Assembly (NCBI GenBank): GCA_965203375.1
Contig: OZ241886.1
Location: forward strand, 1,347,947 to 1,411,946
Length of the DNA stretch: 64,000 nt
Direction of reading: 5' to 3'
Source: Candidatus Aldehydirespiratoraceae bacterium
Lineage (GTDB): Bacteria > Actinomycetota > Acidimicrobiia > Acidimicrobiales > Aldehydirespiratoraceae
A program made the translations under genes and the position numbers. The notes beneath the pieces were generated by a model. It did not search any database and was not told where the DNA came from. It saw nothing but the letters and a program-made list of their open reading frames with translations. How positions within the stretch are numbered: the first letter of the stretch is position 1; every line of letters begins with the position of its first letter. Positions 46,240 through 54,797 of this stretch are shown piece after piece.

Positions 46240-47181
46240 TCAGGCCGTAGCGACAGGCCGAGTCAACACATCGCCGACCATGCCGATCTCGGCCGCGGCC
46301 AGTGGATTGTTGTCAACCCATTGAGCCATGACTTCCTGAGCTGTCGATCCCTTCCTGAGCACACGCTTCCAGCTTCGTTCTGTCTGTGTCGCCTCAGCGC
46401 ACTGGTCTATCAGCTCCACAGCTACTGATATGTTCTCTGCCAAGTCGTATTCCACCGGAGCATATCGGGCCAGTTCTGCCAGATCTGCGACGTATTCATG
46501 GTCGGTAACTCGTTCAATCAGGCTTCTGGCTGCCTGCCGAGCAGTCCAATGCTCTGGATCCAGCGGCCGATATGTGCCGTAAGCGGTGGCAACATCGGTT
46601 GTTGCTATCAGACCAGATCGAATCGCAGCCCACATGTCAAAGAGATCCCGCGGGCGTTTACGCTGATAGACAGCTATGACTTTAGAGGCAACTATTTCCT
46701 CTGGGGGAAACGCCGGAACGGGTCCCCCGTCTTGGAACCACGGACTGTCGACATGGAAGTCTGGCCGCTCGGCACCATCCGGCAATTGGCGCGGAGCCCT
46801 CTGAATGTCCACCTTGACGCGCAGCGGGTCGCCTGCGTGATCACTGCCTGTCATTAAAACATGAACGAATTGTGAATTGATTTTGCGGACTGTTCCTGAG
46901 AATCCTACCCGCTCACCAATCACTCGATAGACAGCAAATAGTTCTCTCAGATCTATGGGCCCAGTTAGCTGATAGTCCAGATCTTCGCTGTATCGCCATG
47001 GAACATCTAGCCAAACCTTGTGCAGGCATGTTCCGCCCTTGAGGGTGACGGCTTGGCTTAACAATGGGTCGTTGGCCACTTCGACCACTAGGCGCGCCAA
47101 GACCAAATCCTGTGCTACCTGGTCGACGCCGCTCCACGGAACAACACTGCGCCAATGCGCTAATTCTTCACCTGAGATCAT
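46240..47181 (-). CDS. AbiEii/AbiGii-family nucleotidyltransferase toxin (DUF1814)
   Basis: LKGGTCLHKVW...RYSEDLDY motif. 4-nt overlap with the upstream antitoxin-like gene. Lower G+C than flanks. Confidence 0.85.
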   Translation of the reverse strand: MISGEELAHWRSVVPWSGVDQVAQDLVLARLVVEVANDPLLSQAVTLKGGTCLHKVWLDVPWRYSEDLDYQLTGPIDLRELFAVYRVIGERVGFSGTVRKINSQFVHVLMTGSDHAGDPLRVKVDIQRAPRQLPDGAERPDFHVDSPWFQDGGPVPAFPPEEIVASKVIAVYQRKRPRDLFDMWAAIRSGLIATTDVATAYGTYRPLDPEHWTARQAARSLIERVTDHEYVADLAELARYAPVEYDLAENISVAVELIDQCAEATQTERSWKRVLRKGSTAQEVMAQWVDNNPLAAAEIGMVGDVLTRPVATA

Positions 47182-48050
47182 GCAGCTATAGCGCAGCGAG
47201 ATTTATGGGCCGGGTCCAGCACATGGTCCACGAGCACCATCCACTTGTTCCCGGTGACGGTTCGCGTGGATTCTGAGATCAAGGAAGGCTTGCCGGTCAA
47301 AGGTACCTCGCGGCTGTTGCCGTCATGGACCAGATCAGCCAGAGGCCCAAGATCTAATTGAGAGCGGCACGCCCATTCGAGATGTCCCCGCATGATCTCA
47401 GTGATGTAACCGACTCGCTGCACCACCGACCGCGGGTACCAAACGGCTGTTTCGGTCATCCTCTGGGTGTCCAGCAGTCCTTCCGTTAGGAGCATGTCTC
47501 CGATGATCGTCGACACATGATGGAAGCCGAAGGCGATTTCGGGTCTGGCCACGAGATCGAAGATCGTGGCCTCCGGGTTCGTGATCCATATCGTTCCCAC
47601 AGGGCGCTCTTTGCGGCGGATCAGCTCTGGTCGCACACGGCCGCGGATGAACTGCAAGTGCGTGCGCCCCACGTTGCGGCTCCGATGCTGGCGCGGCGTC
47701 ACGATCTGGCACGAGGCGTGCGAGTAATGGTGCGAGCCGTGAGCGCTGGCTGCCGACACGTACCCCACGCAATAGTCGTGGCCCATGAACCGCATCATCT
47801 CGTCGAGATAGTCAGTGACCATCGGTGCCCGCCGCATCTTTCGGTCCGCCGCTGGCACCGGCGCCCAGCCGCCCTTGGTGACAGAGACGATTTCGCGGTT
47901 ATGGCGAGTTTCCGCCAAGGCATGCGACACGCGGGCCGGGCGGACCCCCAGAAGCACGGCGAGGCGCTCAGTCGTGGCGAACCTCTCGCCGTTCTCCAGC
48001 AGATAGTCGCAGATCCGGTCGGACCGCACGCGTTGCGCCATGGTCCGCAT
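47178..48050 (-). CDS. AbiEi-like antitoxin / transcriptional regulator
   Basis: N-terminal wHTH-like segment (ICDYLLENGERFATTERLAVLLGVRPARVSHALAE). About 290 aa and positioned immediately upstream of AbiEii. Confidence 0.7.
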   Translation of the reverse strand: MRTMAQRVRSDRICDYLLENGERFATTERLAVLLGVRPARVSHALAETRHNREIVSVTKGGWAPVPAADRKMRRAPMVTDYLDEMMRFMGHDYCVGYVSAASAHGSHHYSHASCQIVTPRQHRSRNVGRTHLQFIRGRVRPELIRRKERPVGTIWITNPEATIFDLVARPEIAFGFHHVSTIIGDMLLTEGLLDTQRMTETAVWYPRSVVQRVGYITEIMRGHLEWACRSQLDLGPLADLVHDGNSREVPLTGKPSLISESTRTVTGNKWMVLVDHVLDPAHKSRCAIAA

Positions 48051-48109
48051 CCTACCCCCGACGGTTTGTCACTACCGCCGGGCTGAAGGGGCAGAAATGG
48101 CCGCGGCCT

Positions 48110-48922
48110 TCAGACTGCTCGGGCCGTCCAGCGGTCTTGGTGGCGCTGGAGGCTGAGCGGTCGGCCGAAGCACTCGGAGAGGGCGGCGGCGGTGAGCACG
48201 GCGCTGATGCGGCCTTGGGCCACGGCCCTGCCGTCCCTCAGCAGCAGCCCGTGGGTGAACCCGTCGGGGATCTCCTCCACGTGGTGGGTGATCAGCACGA
48301 TCGGGGGAACCGAGGAGTCGGCGGCCAGGCTGGCCAGGGCGGCGATCAGCTCCTCCCGGCCCCCCAGGTCGAGTCCGGCCATGGGCTCGTCGAGGATCAC
48401 CGCCCCCGGTTCGATGGCCAGGGCCCGGGCCAGCAGCACCCGCTGACGCTCCCCCGAGGACAGGGTCCCGAACCGGCGGCTGGCCAAGCCCCCGGCCCCG
48501 ACCCGGTCCAGGGCGGCCCGGGCCCGGGCCCGGTCGGTTTCGTCGTAGCGGTGCCACCACGGCTCCAGGGCGGCGTTGGCCGCGGTCATCACCGCGTCGA
48601 GGGCGGTGATGTCGGGTCGGAGCATGTCCGCCACCGCCCCGCTGGTCAGGCCGATCCGGGCCCGCAGCCTGCGCACGTCGGTCCGGCCCCTCAGCCTGCC
48701 CAGCACCTCGACCTCGCCCTGCGACGGTGCCAGCCACAGCGAGGCGATCCGGATCAGGGTGGTCTTGCCCGAGCCGTTGGGCCCCAAGACGATCCAGCGC
48801 TGGCCGTCACCCACCTCCCAGTCGATGGGGCCCAGCACCCTGGTCCCGTCCATGACCCGCTCCACCCCCCGCAGCGCGATGACGGGCCGGGCGGGGGCGG
48901 TCGGGGCCGCGGTCTGCGCCAT
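48110..48922 (-). CDS. ABC transporter ATP-binding protein
   Basis: GPNGSGKTTL, LSSGERQRVLLARAL, VILDEPMAGLD. Confidence 0.85.
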   Translation of the reverse strand: MAQTAAPTAPARPVIALRGVERVMDGTRVLGPIDWEVGDGQRWIVLGPNGSGKTTLIRIASLWLAPSQGEVEVLGRLRGRTDVRRLRARIGLTSGAVADMLRPDITALDAVMTAANAALEPWWHRYDETDRARARAALDRVGAGGLASRRFGTLSSGERQRVLLARALAIEPGAVILDEPMAGLDLGGREELIAALASLAADSSVPPIVLITHHVEEIPDGFTHGLLLRDGRAVAQGRISAVLTAAALSECFGRPLSLQRHQDRWTARAV

Positions 48923-48958
48923 GGCGCCAACCTAGGCGGGCCTGTCTCGCCGGATGAA

Positions 48959-49075
48959 CACCGACTCAAACGATGTTCAGCGGGCCGGCGTCGTGGCACC
49001 GACTCGAACCGGCGTTCAGCGGGTCTGCGACATGATCCCAACCTCGAAATGACGTTCAGCGGGCCGGCGGCACGG
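48959..49075. repeat. degenerate ~38-41-bp tandem repeat x3 in divergent intergenic region
   Basis: Units share C(A/C)(C/A)C(G/C)(A/T)CTCGAA...GTTCAGCGGG, with TTCAGCGGG occurring three times. Confidence 0.5.
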
Positions 49076-49206
49076 CGCCTGAACCCGGGGAGGCCTGCCT
49101 GGCCGCGGCCGGACCGGGTATCTTCACCGGTGCCGACTGATCCGCCGCCGACACCCCGGGAGGACCGATCGACATCGCCCTGCGGCTCCTGGCCGCCTTC
49201 GGGCTG

Positions 49207-50457
49207 GTGGTCGCCAACGCCGGTTTCGTGGCCGCCGAGTTCGCCCTGGTGGCGGTGGACCGCACCCGAGTGGACGAGCGGGCCGCCTCCGGCGACCGGC
49301 GGGCCCGGCGGGTCAAGCGCCTCCTGGCCCGCCTGTCCTACCACCTGTCCGGGGCCCAGCTCGGCATCACCGTCACGTCGCTGCTGCTCGGCTACCTGGC
49401 CGAGCCGGTCATCGCCGTCGCCCTGGAGCCCGCCGTCTCCGCCGTCTTCGGCGAGGCCACGCCGCGCGGCGTCTCCATCGGCATCGCCCTGGCCGTGGCC
49501 ACCGTCGTGCAGATGGTGCTGGGCGAGCTGGTGCCCAAGACGGTGGCCACCACCAAGCCGTTCGGGTCGGCGGTGGCGCTGGCCCGCCCCGTCGCCGTCT
49601 ACGGCCTGCTGGCCCGGCCCGCGGTGGCCTTCCTCGACGGGCTGGCCAACCGGACGGTGAGGCGGCTGGGCATCGAGCCCCGCCAGGACATCGAGACGAC
49701 CCCGGACCGCCGCGAGCTCACCCAGCTCATCTTGTCGTCGGGCCAGGAAGGCGTCCTCGACGTGGGCGAGGTTCAGCTCCTGACCCGCTCCATCCGGCTG
49801 GCGGACAAGCAGGCCGACGACGCCATGGTGCCCAGAGTGGAGATCGTGGCCATCGGCGCCGACGCGTCGGCCGACGATCTGGCCGAGCTGGCCTCTCGCA
49901 CCGGCCATTCGAGGTTCCCGGTGACCGGCGAGGGGCTCGACGACATCGTCGGGGTGGTGCATGTGAAGTCGATGTACCGGTGCCCGGTGGCCGCCCGGGC
50001 GTCGACGCCGGTGGCCGAGTTGATGGCGCCGGTGCCGGCCGTGCCGGAGTCTCGGGACCTGGGCGAGCTGATGGCGGAGCTGCGGAGCGGGGCCGGCCAG
50101 CTCGCGGTGGTGATCGACGAGCACGGCGGCACGGCCGGGATCATCACCCTCGAGGACGTGCTCGAGGAGATCGTGGGCGAGATCGACGACGAGCACGACA
50201 CGGTCACCCCGGTCCGCACCCGGGTGGAGTCCCGGGGCTCGACGGTGCTGCCGGCCTCGCTGCATCCCGACGAGGTGCGCGACGCCACCGGGTTCGCCAT
50301 GCCCTCCGGGGAGTTCGAGACGCTGGCCGGGCTGGTGCTGGACCGGCTCGGCCACATACCGGTCCCCGGCGAGATCGTCACCGTCGACGGCTGGAGGATT
50401 GAGGTGGTGGCCATGGACCGGCTGCGCATAGCCACCGTCCGGGTGGTGGCGCCGTGA
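49207..50457 (+). CDS. CNNM/CorC-family protein (DUF21 + CBS pair + CorC_HlyC)
   Basis: DUF21 start NAGFVAAEFALVAVDR, CBS region, and C-terminal CorC_HlyC-like domain. GTG 49207 is the first canonical start, but the conserved first TM helix appears to begin upstream (see findings). Confidence 0.85.
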   Translation: MVANAGFVAAEFALVAVDRTRVDERAASGDRRARRVKRLLARLSYHLSGAQLGITVTSLLLGYLAEPVIAVALEPAVSAVFGEATPRGVSIGIALAVATVVQMVLGELVPKTVATTKPFGSAVALARPVAVYGLLARPAVAFLDGLANRTVRRLGIEPRQDIETTPDRRELTQLILSSGQEGVLDVGEVQLLTRSIRLADKQADDAMVPRVEIVAIGADASADDLAELASRTGHSRFPVTGEGLDDIVGVVHVKSMYRCPVAARASTPVAELMAPVPAVPESRDLGELMAELRSGAGQLAVVIDEHGGTAGIITLEDVLEEIVGEIDDEHDTVTPVRTRVESRGSTVLPASLHPDEVRDATGFAMPSGEFETLAGLVLDRLGHIPVPGEIVTVDGWRIEVVAMDRLRIATVRVVAP

Positions 50458-50525
50458 TGTCGGCCCTTGCGTGGACGGGTGGTGGTGCCGTGAGGCCGGG
50501 CCTTGCGGGGGCGGTGGCGCCGTGA
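50440..50525 (+). repeat. three tandem copies (32-36 bp) of the GTGA stop/start junction
   Basis: GG(T/C)GGTG(G)CGCCGTGA at 50454, 50490 and 50522 (GTGA positions). Confidence 0.8.
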
Positions 50526-51571
50526 CGGTCTGGTTCCTGATCGCGGCGGTGGCGCTTTTGGCGGCCAACGCCTTCTTCGTGGCCGCCGAGTTCGCCCTGG
50601 TCGCCTCCCGGGCGCCGCGCCTGGAGGCCGGCGGCGCCGACGACCGGGCCAACCGGCTGGCCCTGGCCGCGGTGCGCGACCTGCAGCGCCAACTCGCCGG
50701 GTGCCAGCTCGGCATAACCATGGCCTCGCTGGGCTTGGGCTACACGGCCGAGCCGGCGCTGGCCCATCTGCTGGAGTCGGTGATCGGGCGGGTGGTGGAC
50801 CTGCCCTCGGGTGTGGTCGACACCGTCTCTTTCGTCGGGGCCCTGGCCGTGGTGGTGACCTTTCACATGGTGCTGGGCGAGATGGTGCCCAAGAACATCG
50901 CCATCTCCGGCCCCGAGGCCGCGGTGAGGGTGCTGGCCCCGGTCCTGCGGGTCTACATGACGGTGCTAGGGCCGGTGATCTGGGCTCTCAACGTCGTCTC
51001 CGCCGGGCTGGTGCGGATGACCGGTCTGAGGCCGGTGGACGAGATCGACACCGTCCTCACCGTCAACGAACTGCACACGCTGCTGGCCGGGGCCCGGGCC
51101 GAGGGGGTGATCGAGCAGACCGAGCACGAGCTGCTGTCGGGGGCTCTGCGGTTCCGGGCCCGCTCGGCGGGCTCGCTCATGGTGCCCCGATCCCGTCTGG
51201 TGTCGGTGCCCCGGTCGACGTCGGTGGCCGGGATCGAGTCGGTGGTGGCGGCCAGCGGCCACACCCGGGTGCCGGTGTGGGGGTCGGACCCCGACGACGT
51301 GGTGGGGTTCGTCCACGCCAAGGACCTGCTGCGGATGCCGTCCGAGGGCCGGGACGACCCGGTGCCGCTGGAGCTGATCCGCCGGATGCTGGTGGTCGGC
51401 CCCGACCACCCCGGCCGCGAGCTGATGGTGTGGATGCGCCGCTCCCGCATCCACATCGCCTTGGTGCGAGACGACCAGAGCCGGGTGCTGGGGATCGTCA
51501 CCCTCGAAGACCTGCTGGAGTCCCTGGTGGGCGACATCTACGACGAAACCGACCGCGCCGTCGAAGTCTGA
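50522..51571 (+). CDS. CNNM/CorC-family protein (DUF21 + CBS pair)
   Basis: VTVWFLIAAVALLAANAFFVAAEFALV is the DUF21 N-terminus. GTG 50522 overlaps a TGA; the ORF-track start 50471 lies within the junction repeat. Confidence 0.85.
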   Translation: MTVWFLIAAVALLAANAFFVAAEFALVASRAPRLEAGGADDRANRLALAAVRDLQRQLAGCQLGITMASLGLGYTAEPALAHLLESVIGRVVDLPSGVVDTVSFVGALAVVVTFHMVLGEMVPKNIAISGPEAAVRVLAPVLRVYMTVLGPVIWALNVVSAGLVRMTGLRPVDEIDTVLTVNELHTLLAGARAEGVIEQTEHELLSGALRFRARSAGSLMVPRSRLVSVPRSTSVAGIESVVAASGHTRVPVWGSDPDDVVGFVHAKDLLRMPSEGRDDPVPLELIRRMLVVGPDHPGRELMVWMRRSRIHIALVRDDQSRVLGIVTLEDLLESLVGDIYDETDRAVEV

Positions 51572-51659
51572 TCGCCGGGGTTCTGACAGCCCCCGGTTCT
51601 GATCGCCGGGCGCAGGCGTCCGGGCGGGCCCGAGTCGGCCGCCCCTGGGGTCTCGGTGC

Positions 51660-52439
51660 TCAGGCTCCCATGGCGTGGTAGCCGCCGTCGACGTGGACCA
51701 CCGACCCGGTGGTGGCCGGGAACCAGTCGCTGAGCAGGGCCACGGCCGCTCGGGCCACCGGGCCGGAGTCGCTCACGTCCCAGCCCAGCGGGGCCCGCTC
51801 GGCCCAGGCGCCCTCGAAGGCCTCGAACCCGGGGATGGAGCGGGCGGCCATGGTCCTCATCGGCCCGGCCGACACCAGGTTCACCCGTATGGACCGGGGC
51901 CCGAGGTAGCGGGCCAGGTACCGGCAGGTCGATTCCAGCCCGGCCTTGGCCACCCCCATCCAGTCGTAGGCGGGCCAGGCCCGGGTGGCGTCGAAGTCGA
52001 GGCCGACGATGGAGCCGCCCTCCGTCATCAGCGGGGTCACCGCGTCGGCCAGCAGCTTGAGCGAGTAGGTGGAGATCTCCAGCGCCACCTTCACGTCGTC
52101 CCAGGCCGCCTCCATGAACGACCCCCCCAGGCACACCTCGGGGGCGAAGCCGATGGCGTGGAGGGCCCCGTCCACCCGGCCCCAGCGGTCGGCCAGATGC
52201 TCGGTAAGGGCGGCGGCGTGGCTGCTGTCGGTCACGTCCAGTTCCAGCACCTCCACCCCGGTGCCGTCGGCGGCACCGAGCTTGCGGGCGGTGCGCTCGG
52301 TGAGCCGCAGCCCCCGGCCCGCGCCGGTGAGCACGATCTCGGCCCCCTCGGCCAAGGCCAGCTCGGCCACCCCGAAGGCCAGCGAGGCGTCGGTGAGCAC
52401 CCCGGTGACCACGATGCGCTTACCGTCGAGAAGGCCCAC
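51660..52439 (-). CDS. fabI: enoyl-[acyl-carrier-protein] reductase (NADH), FabI/InhA-type
   Basis: GKRIVVTGVLTDASLAF and YDWMGVAKAGLES closely parallel the InhA motifs. Confidence 0.85.
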   Translation of the reverse strand: MGLLDGKRIVVTGVLTDASLAFGVAELALAEGAEIVLTGAGRGLRLTERTARKLGAADGTGVEVLELDVTDSSHAAALTEHLADRWGRVDGALHAIGFAPEVCLGGSFMEAAWDDVKVALEISTYSLKLLADAVTPLMTEGGSIVGLDFDATRAWPAYDWMGVAKAGLESTCRYLARYLGPRSIRVNLVSAGPMRTMAARSIPGFEAFEGAWAERAPLGWDVSDSGPVARAAVALLSDWFPATTGSVVHVDGGYHAMGA

Positions 52440-52490
52440 AGGCCCAACCTACTCTCCGGGGTGGCCGGGGCGGGCCGGTAGCCTCAGGTT

Positions 52491-54599
52491 GTGGCCCTCA
52501 CTGTCTCGCTGCCCGACGGGTCTGAGCGCGAATTGCCCGACGGGGCGACCGCGGCCGATCTGGCCGCGGCCGTCGGCCCCCGACTGGCTGCCGACGCGGT
52601 GATCGCGGTGGTGGACGGCGAGGAGCGAGACCTCCACCGGCCCCTGCCCGACGGGGCCCGGGTGGAGATCGTTGTCGCCGGCTCGCCCGCGGGGCTGCAC
52701 ACCATCCGCCACTCCACCGCCCACGTGCTGGCCCAGGCCGTGCTCGACCTGTTCCCCGGGGCCACTCACGCCATCGGCCCCCCCACCGAGAGCGGCTTCT
52801 TCTACGACTTCGAGCTGCCGGGCGGGGCCGGCTTCAGCGAAGGCGACTTGGAGCGCATCGAGGCCCGGATGCGGGAGATCGTCGCCGCCGACCAGCTCTT
52901 CGAGCGGGCCGAGATCGGCGCCGTCGAGGCCATGGAGCTGTTCGAGGGCCACCGCTTCAAGCAGGAGATCATCTCGTCGGTGGCCCTGGGGGCCGGCGGC
53001 CCGGGCTCCAGCGACGCGGCGGATGATGCCGACGAGGCTGGGACCGGATCGCGGTCTGATGGCTCCATGACCGCCGCCGCGGACTCCGGCGACGCGGCAG
53101 GCGGGGCTGGCCGGGCCGGGACGGCCGCCGGCGACGATGAGGACGGTGAGCTGGCCGCTGAGGCCGCCGGCGACGGCACGGTGAGCTACTACCGCAACGG
53201 CGACGGCTTCATCGACTTGTGCCGCGGCCCCCACGTCGCGTCCACCGGGAAGCTGGGCCACTTCGCCCTCCAGCGGGCCAGCGGCGCCTACTGGCGGGGC
53301 TCGGAGAAAAACCCCATGCTCCAGCGCGTCCACGGCACGGCCTGGGCCACGGCCAAAGACCTCAAGGCCCACCTCCAGCAGCTCGCCGAGGCGGCCAAGC
53401 GCGACCACCGCCGCCTGGCCGCCGAGCTCGACTTGGTGTCGTGGCCGCCCGAGCTGGGGCCGGGGCTGGCCGTCTGGCACCCCAAGGGGGCGCTGGTCCG
53501 CAAGATCATGGAGGACTACTCGCGGGCCCGCCACGAACAGGGCGGCTACCAGTTCGTGTTCTCGCCCCACCTCGCCAAGTCGGTGCTGTGGGAGACCTCC
53601 GGCCACCTCGACTACTTTGCCGACAGCATGTACCCGCCCATGGAGATGGACGGGGCCGACTACTACCCGAAGCCGATGAACTGCCCGTTCCACGTGATGG
53701 TCTACCGGTCGGGCCAGCGCAGCTACCGGGACCTGCCCATCCGGCTGTTCGAGCTGGGGACGGTCTACCGGTACGAGCGCTCCGGGGTGGTTCACGGCCT
53801 GCTGCGCAGCCGGGGCTTCACCCAGGACGACAGCCACATCTTCTGCGCCCGCGAGCAGGTGGCCGGCGAGCTGGCGTCGCTGCTCGACTTCGTCCTCAGC
53901 GTGCTGAGGGCCTTCGGCTTCGAGGACTTCGAGGCCAAGCTGTCCACCCGCCCCGCCGACAAGTGGGTGGGGTCCGAGGAGTTGTGGGACGAGGCCACCG
54001 ACGGGCTGCGGGCCGCTCTGGACGAAGCAGGCCTCGACTACGGCGTCGATGTCGGCGGCGGCGCCTTCTACGGCCCCAAGATCGACGTCGACGTCCGCGA
54101 CGCCATCGGGCGGTCCTGGCAGCTCTCCACCATCCAGCTCGACTTCAACCTCCCGGAGCGGTTCGCCCTCGACTACGCGGCCGCCGATGGGTCCCGGCCC
54201 CGGCCGGTGATGATCCACCGGGCCCTGTTCGGCTCGGTGGAGCGGTTCTTCGGGGTGCTGCTCGAGCACTACGCGGGCACCTTCCCGGCCTGGCTGGCCC
54301 CGGTGCAGGCCGTTGTCCTCCCGGTGGCCGAAGACCATCACCCCTACGCGGCCTCGGTGGCCGAGGGGCTGCGGGCCGAGGGCTTCCGGGTCGAGGTCTC
54401 GCCCGCGGTCGAGCCGCTGGGCAAGCGGGTGCGCACGGCCAAGGTGGCCAAGCTGCCCTACGTGCTGGTGGTCGGCGGCGACGACGCCGCCTCGGGCACG
54501 GTGGGGGTCAACCCCCGGGGCAGCGGCTCGCCCGAGCGGGGGGTGGCGGTGGCCGCCTTCGCGGCCCGACTGGCCGCCGAGGTGCGGGACCGGGCCTGA
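52491..54599 (+). CDS. thrS: threonine--tRNA ligase
   Basis: TGS-like N-terminus, editing-domain HSTAHVLAQAV, class II motifs (RLFELGTVYRYERSG; GGGAFYGPKID), and an anticodon-binding C-terminus. Carries a Gly/Asp/Ala-rich insert at about 52981-53180. Confidence 0.95.
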   Translation: MALTVSLPDGSERELPDGATAADLAAAVGPRLAADAVIAVVDGEERDLHRPLPDGARVEIVVAGSPAGLHTIRHSTAHVLAQAVLDLFPGATHAIGPPTESGFFYDFELPGGAGFSEGDLERIEARMREIVAADQLFERAEIGAVEAMELFEGHRFKQEIISSVALGAGGPGSSDAADDADEAGTGSRSDGSMTAAADSGDAAGGAGRAGTAAGDDEDGELAAEAAGDGTVSYYRNGDGFIDLCRGPHVASTGKLGHFALQRASGAYWRGSEKNPMLQRVHGTAWATAKDLKAHLQQLAEAAKRDHRRLAAELDLVSWPPELGPGLAVWHPKGALVRKIMEDYSRARHEQGGYQFVFSPHLAKSVLWETSGHLDYFADSMYPPMEMDGADYYPKPMNCPFHVMVYRSGQRSYRDLPIRLFELGTVYRYERSGVVHGLLRSRGFTQDDSHIFCAREQVAGELASLLDFVLSVLRAFGFEDFEAKLSTRPADKWVGSEELWDEATDGLRAALDEAGLDYGVDVGGGAFYGPKIDVDVRDAIGRSWQLSTIQLDFNLPERFALDYAAADGSRPRPVMIHRALFGSVERFFGVLLEHYAGTFPAWLAPVQAVVLPVAEDHHPYAASVAEGLRAEGFRVEVSPAVEPLGKRVRTAKVAKLPYVLVVGGDDAASGTVGVNPRGSGSPERGVAVAAFAARLAAEVRDRA

Positions 54600-54797
54600 T
54601 GGTCGAGATGGCGGAGCGGCCTGAAGTGCCTGAGGCCGCGGGCGGGCCCGAGACGCGGGGCCGGACCTGATGTGGGCGAGACGGCGGGGCGGGCCTGAGG
54701 TGCCTGAGGCCGCGGGCGAGCCCGAGACGCGGGACCGGGCCTGAAGTGCCTGAGGCCGCGGGCGGTCCCGAGACGCGGGAGCGGGCCTGATGGTCGA
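54592..54797 (+). repeat. tandemly repeated thrS/HIT junction (units ~46-74 bp) bounded by GGGCCTGATGGTCGA at both ends
   Basis: GGGCCTGATGGTCGA at 54592 and 54783. Internal units share GTGCCTGAGGCCGCGGGCG.(G/T)CCCGAGACGCGG. Confidence 0.85.

Noticed and set aside
48084-48114. Hairpin CTGAAGG...CCTTCAG overlapping the stop codon of the ABC ATPase gene (possible terminator or island boundary).
   Set aside because: It has a 17-nt loop, no U-tract on either strand and only a 7-bp stem, which is insufficient to call a terminator or att site.
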